Source: a virus. From it: a stretch of DNA of 64,000 bases. Positions 59,178-64,000 of this stretch are shown one piece after another. Made by a program: the position numbers and the translations under genes. The stretch is taken from IMG/VR virus record IMGVR_UViG_3300033148_006239, positions 32,001-96,000 of that record. One strand, written 5' to 3'. The notes beneath the pieces were generated by a model, which saw only the letters and a program-made list of their open reading frames with translations, did no database searches and was not told where the DNA came from. Positions within the stretch are counted from its first letter, which is position 1, and each line of letters begins with the position of its first letter.

Positions 59178-59540
59178 CTATTGTGAAAAGAGCGTGATAT
59201 ATATATCACCTGCACCACCTAAATATACTCTTAAAGTATCATAATTACCAACTTCAAAAAAAGCACCATCGTTGGGTAATAATATTTGTACTTGATCAAC
59301 AGCAGAAGGAGATGCAACAATTTTATCACTCACAGAGAAATAACAATTAAATGTTGATACATTATTTATAAAAATACCATTAAAAAACTGATTAACGTCT
59401 AATATAGTAAGATCTTCAGGATGTATTGTTGTTAATTTATCATCACTTTCAGGTTCTTTTGTTTTAAAAATCTTTTCTCCTGCTCCCACAAAACTAAGTT
59501 TTTTAACAACTCTTGTAAAATATGTCTCAGAAACAGCCAT
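59178..59540 (-). CDS. Hypothetical beta-rich virion protein
   Basis: First gene after the portal. Confidence 0.65.
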   Translation of the reverse strand: MAVSETYFTRVVKKLSFVGAGEKIFKTKEPESDDKLTTIHPEDLTILDVNQFFNGIFINNVSTFNCYFSVSDKIVASPSAVDQVQILLPNDGAFFEVGNYDTLRVYLGGAGDIYITLFSQ

Positions 59541-59547
59541 AATTACC

Positions 59548-61371
59548 TCACAGATTTATTATGTTCATTATTTTCTCTTCTGCAGCATTTGAATCATTGT
59601 TTTCATCATCTTCCTCATCTTCATTGTCGCTATCGTCTTGATCTTGATCAGAATTAGAATTAGGATTTTGTCGATTTGCTGCTTCTTCTAATCCAGGAAA
59701 GATAAATGCACCTGCTTTAATTAAATCTTTAATAATTACTATTGGTACATCTAACCATTCAGAATCTTCCTTACCAAAAATTTGTTCTAAGTCTTCTAAT
59801 TCTATATTAAATACTCTTTCAATTAATGTTCTACCGTCTCTAATTGTTAATCCTGATTGTTGTAATTTAAATATAGCATCAGTCATTGTAACAATACTGT
59901 CTTTTGTAGAAGGTTTTGATTCATATACATGATATTTAAACCCTTTTAAAGCAAAAATTATATTATTTACAATGAAATCAAACAAATTTCTAGTTGGTTT
60001 AAAAACATTATCTTCAGTAACTTCTTGAGCAACTTCAGCGGTAGCTCTATTAAAGTCTTGATTTTTTCCAATATGTAAATCAGATATTCTAAAAGATGAT
60101 TGTACTGCTCTATCGTTCTTTTCACCATACTGTATAAAATTTGCTTCTCTTCTTTGACCAAGTTCTTGCAATGTAATTTTAGCTTGTTGTTCTTTAGTTA
60201 AACCTGGAATCCTTGTTTGTTGTTCGGGTATTAATACAAGAGCTTTTCTAGCATTTTCAAGTTTTGCACTCTGTGCAACATATTGCTTGAGATAGTCAAT
60301 TGAAGCTTTATCTAAAGGAGCATCTGACATGATCGCAAGATCAGCTTTGCTTCCATTACTGAACCACTTTAGATCACACTCTGATTTAAAAATTGAACCT
60401 AATATTGCATACAGTGCACCAATATACCTTGGTGCACCATACGGCGAACCGGGGAAGTAATATTTAAAATGTATAATTTCTGTCGCAGGTTTGAAATTCT
60501 TTTTTTCTTTTTTAGACATTTCTGCCCACATTTCTCTTGTAACTACTTCACCCCCCAAAGAATTTATTACTCTTGGATCACCAAATTCTTTAAAAAAAAC
60601 ACTATTTTCACCATTTGAAGAAGCACTATTACCTAATTCATCGTCTATTTGAACAAAAAACTTAAATCTTTTAATTGTTTTTCTCTTTATCCATTCGTTT
60701 TTATTTTTCTTAAAGATAAATCTATCATAAGGTATAAACTGCTTAGACATTGACGCAATTCTCATACTAACAGATTCAAGTAATTGAACTGCATATATTT
60801 CACCAAGATTGATACTATAATCATCATTTACTTTATATTTGTCTCTAACAATTTCCCAATAAGAATTACCTGTTACCTCAATATTCTTACCATGCTTCTT
60901 CTTAAACTCAACATGAGGATCACCATCAATATCTAAATATGTTAAAAAGTCATCAATTTCATCTTTTTCTTCTCTAATTAATTTATCAAGAGTCTCATCT
61001 TTCATTCTTTCGGACTTTGTAATTCTTGAAATTAATTTATAATCTTTAGTATAAACACCGTCAACCGTAGCATCGATATTTTGATTTAGAGTCTCAGAAA
61101 GAGGTAATAATTGCATTAATACATCTGGATCTATAACTGGGCTTATTACATCAACACCCCCTTTTTGTTCAATAAAATCATCGCCTGTCTCATCACCCTG
61201 TGGTTGTGTATCTTCAAGACCTTTTGTAAATCCTTTATTTCTAGTACTTACAATACCCTTAATATACCGATTAAGTCCTTTTTTAGAAATTTCATTCTCT
61301 TCAATATCTTCATTAATTTTGTTATTTACATTTTCTCTATTAATTTTATTGTTTAAATCTATCCAGTTCAT
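59548..61371 (-). CDS. Portal protein (PBSX-like)
   Basis: TGNSYWEIVR, FKEFGDPR, EIIHFKYY..SPYGAPR, NRATA; follows terminase. Confidence 0.93.
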   Translation of the reverse strand: MNWIDLNNKINRENVNNKINEDIEENEISKKGLNRYIKGIVSTRNKGFTKGLEDTQPQGDETGDDFIEQKGGVDVISPVIDPDVLMQLLPLSETLNQNIDATVDGVYTKDYKLISRITKSERMKDETLDKLIREEKDEIDDFLTYLDIDGDPHVEFKKKHGKNIEVTGNSYWEIVRDKYKVNDDYSINLGEIYAVQLLESVSMRIASMSKQFIPYDRFIFKKNKNEWIKRKTIKRFKFFVQIDDELGNSASSNGENSVFFKEFGDPRVINSLGGEVVTREMWAEMSKKEKKNFKPATEIIHFKYYFPGSPYGAPRYIGALYAILGSIFKSECDLKWFSNGSKADLAIMSDAPLDKASIDYLKQYVAQSAKLENARKALVLIPEQQTRIPGLTKEQQAKITLQELGQRREANFIQYGEKNDRAVQSSFRISDLHIGKNQDFNRATAEVAQEVTEDNVFKPTRNLFDFIVNNIIFALKGFKYHVYESKPSTKDSIVTMTDAIFKLQQSGLTIRDGRTLIERVFNIELEDLEQIFGKEDSEWLDVPIVIIKDLIKAGAFIFPGLEEAANRQNPNSNSDQDQDDSDNEDEEDDENNDSNAAEEKIMNIINL

Positions 61372-61372
61372 T

Positions 61373-61555
61373 TTATTCCTTTATAATAAATACACTATTT
61401 CCTTGTTTTCCTGATTTCATATGACTTTTTGATGGATCACCTGATTTAAATCTCTTCCTCTTCTTCAATAGTTCATCTCTTTCTTCGTCTTTAATCTCTT
61501 TCAATATTTTCATATTACCCTCCAATAAGCTGAACTGAACTTGTTTTACTTTCAT
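61373..61555 (-). CDS. Small basic protein
   Basis: Fills the terminase-portal gap; likely start MKILKE with a GGAGG RBS. Confidence 0.5.
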   Translation of the reverse strand: MKVKQVQFSLLEGNMKILKEIKDEERDELLKKRKRFKSGDPSKSHMKSGKQGNSVFIIKE

Positions 61556-63095
61556 TTTTTCTCATTTCATAAGCTCTTAATTCAGCACATATATATCTCA
61601 ATGAATCAACGGCGTGATCATCACATGAAGGATCAGGAAACTCTGAATTAGCAATAGAATTAGAACCTTCAAGATCTTGACATTCTCTAATTGTATTTGT
61701 GCAATGTTCTAAAACAATTAAATTTGGTATATCTAATCCAGGATTCATCTCTAAAAATTGTCTCACTGAATCATATCCAAATTCTCTATCGTTTATTGCA
61801 CCAACAAGATTTATAGAATCATCTCTGTCTTTTATTTCTTTCATATATGTAGGACCAGATGGATCACCAACAACAACATCAAATCTATCATTTCTCCAAT
61901 TATGCCTGTCTTCTTCTTGTAAATATTCAAATTTACCAAGGAACGATTTAGCGATATCTGATGCCTTTAAATATTTTCTATAAAATTCTCTATATATAAC
62001 CAATGTTCCTTGTGGAGATAATGCACCACCTAAAAATACAGCAGGATCTCTATATCCAAAGTCTAATCCACTAATCTTTAACCAATCACTTGGTATTAAT
62101 TCAGTCAAAAGATCGTTTAAAGGTTTATTTGCGTCATATAATATTCCATGAAACTCTGCAAATTTCTCTATTGACCATATATGACAATCTTTAAATTCTA
62201 AGAATTGACCCTCAGAGATAGGTGTCTTACATTCCCATTGATTATCCCATGTCTTCTGATCTAATATTGCAGCTTTTTCAATTAAATCATCGATGCTATA
62301 ATACCCATCACACCCTTTAGCTCTTCCTTGACATTTCTCAATCAATGGACATACTTCACATTTTCTACCAACACACTTTTCTAAGACTTCGAAAATTCCC
62401 CATTTATAAACTTTAATTCCAAGACGTTTTGCTTCTTTATAGACTGTGTTTACTACTCCATTACTTTTCTTTCGTGTAGATAGTAATCTATCTTGTGCTT
62501 TATATCTATTATCGGACTTTGTCATTGAAAAAGCTTCTTGAAGTAATTCCCAAGACATTAACTCAATCTCATCTGCATTGTTTTTATGAGGATGAGGACC
62601 ATTATATCCTTCAGGAGATGCAGTAATAATTCTAATAGATGCACCATTTTTCATTTTTACAAGATACGGAACTCTTCTTGAAAATTCTATTTGCTCATTT
62701 ATCAGTTTTATCTTTTTAAATTGTTCTAAATACTTGAACATTAAATTTGCTTGTTCAACAACTGCTCCGCTACTTGTTATTTCTATTTCAGGCTTAAAAA
62801 GTAAATCTAAAATATTAACAATTGACAAATTTCTTGTTTTACCACCATTTCTATTAGCAATTGCTAAGCACTTAGAATACCTTTGAAAGAATGAATCAGA
62901 AACAAAATCAAATGGTACATCGTGACCATCTATAATAACTTTATTTGGAACTTTAAAATTTAAAAAGATTCTTATAAAGTCAGCTAAGTCTTCATCAGTA
63001 GTTATACCATTAGTAATATAATACTGAAATAGATCTTTTCTATTATCTTCAAGTGAAGACAATACTGTATTTGCAGTTGTTTTATCAATTTCCAT
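61515..63095 (-). CDS. terL: Terminase large subunit
   Basis: NRNGGKT Walker A, ADEIE Walker B; nuclease GLDFG, GDPS and DDHAVDSLRY. Confidence 0.95.
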   Translation of the reverse strand: MEIDKTTANTVLSSLEDNRKDLFQYYITNGITTDEDLADFIRIFLNFKVPNKVIIDGHDVPFDFVSDSFFQRYSKCLAIANRNGGKTRNLSIVNILDLLFKPEIEITSSGAVVEQANLMFKYLEQFKKIKLINEQIEFSRRVPYLVKMKNGASIRIITASPEGYNGPHPHKNNADEIELMSWELLQEAFSMTKSDNRYKAQDRLLSTRKKSNGVVNTVYKEAKRLGIKVYKWGIFEVLEKCVGRKCEVCPLIEKCQGRAKGCDGYYSIDDLIEKAAILDQKTWDNQWECKTPISEGQFLEFKDCHIWSIEKFAEFHGILYDANKPLNDLLTELIPSDWLKISGLDFGYRDPAVFLGGALSPQGTLVIYREFYRKYLKASDIAKSFLGKFEYLQEEDRHNWRNDRFDVVVGDPSGPTYMKEIKDRDDSINLVGAINDREFGYDSVRQFLEMNPGLDIPNLIVLEHCTNTIRECQDLEGSNSIANSEFPDPSCDDHAVDSLRYICAELRAYEMRKNESKTSSVQLIGG

Positions 63096-63592
63096 TATTC
63101 TGTTTTAAAAGTTGATTCAAAGTTTCTAGCCATTGTGTGACCATCATTAAATTTAACTATACCATAAGATTCTGAACTCTTATCAATTAATAATATATAT
63201 TCATCGTCGGCAGTCAAATTTGAAAATGTAAATGTAAGTGTCTTATCATTATTTGACCAAGTCAATGCACCGCTAACTGCACCTGAACTAGTACCAGTTA
63301 ATGAAAAAGCAGCTTCTGTTGTAGTTGTATCCATTTTATGACTAAAACTGACATATACAAACGTAATCGCAGGATCAATTTTTGTTGCACTATCGTGAGG
63401 ATTGACATATACAACTTTAGGAATTTTCAATCCTCTTTTTAAAACTTCTTCTAATTGTTTTTTTCGACCGTATGCAAAATTCAAATCTAGTTTTTTTAAA
63501 TCTACATCTTCTTGTTTTCTTTCTTCTATAAGAGCATCAACTGCTTTGACTGATTTTGCACTCAATACTTTTAATTGAAAAGATAATGCCAT
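63095..63592 (-). CDS. Ig-like (Big_5/SbsA-type) domain protein
   Basis: VNP...ITFVYVSFSHKMD...VSGALTW..DKTLTFT...FKT. Confidence 0.8.
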   Translation of the reverse strand: MALSFQLKVLSAKSVKAVDALIEERKQEDVDLKKLDLNFAYGRKKQLEEVLKRGLKIPKVVYVNPHDSATKIDPAITFVYVSFSHKMDTTTTEAAFSLTGTSSGAVSGALTWSNNDKTLTFTFSNLTADDEYILLIDKSSESYGIVKFNDGHTMARNFESTFKTE

Positions 63593-63631
63593 TTTTAAGT
63601 TCCTTGTAACTATTTTATAGCTTATTAATCA

Positions 63632-64000
63632 CTATGCTGTTTTAAATGTTGATTCAAAGCTTCTAGCCATTGTATGACCACTTGATGATTCAGCAGTTTC
63701 TGCAATAATAAGTGTATATTCATCGTCGGCAGTCAAATTTGAAAATGTAAATGTAAGTGTTTTATCACTGTTTGACCACGTTAAAGCACCACTGACTGCA
63801 CCAGAGCTAGCTCCCGTTAATGAAAAAGCAGCTTCTGCCGTAGTCTGATCCATTATTTGATTAAAACTGACATATATAAATGTAATTGCTGGATCAATTT
63901 TTGTTTTATCATCATAAGGATCAACATATGCAACTTCAGGTATTAAAAACTTTTTTGTAATTAAATTTACTAATTCTTTTCTTTTATCAAATGCAACATT
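63632..64000 (-). CDS. Ig-like domain protein, tandem paralog (5' end outside window)
   Basis: Frame is open to the window edge (NVAFDKRKELVNL...); Ig domain near-identical to the neighbour's. Confidence 0.85.
   Translation of the reverse strand, partial: NVAFDKRKELVNLITKKFLIPEVAYVDPYDDKTKIDPAITFIYVSFNQIMDQTTAEAAFSLTGASSGAVSGALTWSNSDKTLTFTFSNLTADDEYTLIIAETAESSSGHTMARSFESTFKTA

Noticed and set aside
1-64000. Stop-codon reassignment, introns or inteins
   Set aside because: Genes tile densely in the standard code; TAA, TGA and TAG all end genes; DnaE, DnaB and TerL are uninterrupted and of normal size.

Overview
This is a 64 kb, very AT-rich segment of a large contractile-tailed (myovirus-type) bacteriophage. 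Every credible gene is on the minus strand, so it reads right to left. The structural arm runs: two tandem Ig-like genes, terminase, portal, a ~6 kb fibre/appendage cassette with a permuted papain-like enzyme, prohead protease/scaffold, major capsid, neck, sheath, tube, tail chaperone with a probable -1 frameshift, tape measure, baseplate, tail fibre and lysis genes. The replication arm follows: DnaC-like loader, DnaB, 5'-3' exonuclease, primase, a tubulin/FtsZ-family GTPase, a sigma factor, DnaE, and UvsY-like, SSB and RecA genes. The best candidate for an undescribed system is the operon at 7003-12989, between the sigma factor and DnaE. It encodes a UDP-galactopyranose-mutase-like flavoprotein, a MazG/dUTPase-HAD fusion, a divergent family-4 UDG, a dNMP kinase, an NDP-sugar SDR, a ThyX homolog with an altered catalytic motif and a SAM methyltransferase. 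This looks like a nucleotide-level DNA base-replacement or sugar-hypermodification pathway with no recognisable glycosyltransferase. Other highlights: a 152-nt tRNA-like RNA with a greatly extended anticodon arm; a bipartite motif (ATGTTAAA-N13-TGTTAT) in three intergenic gaps, probably a phage-sigma promoter; a spanin-position protein ending in an autotransporter-like beta anchor; an extra domain inserted in the capsid protein; and a stand-alone mini-protein resembling the tail-sheath C-terminus. All calls come from reading motifs by eye; no searches were run.
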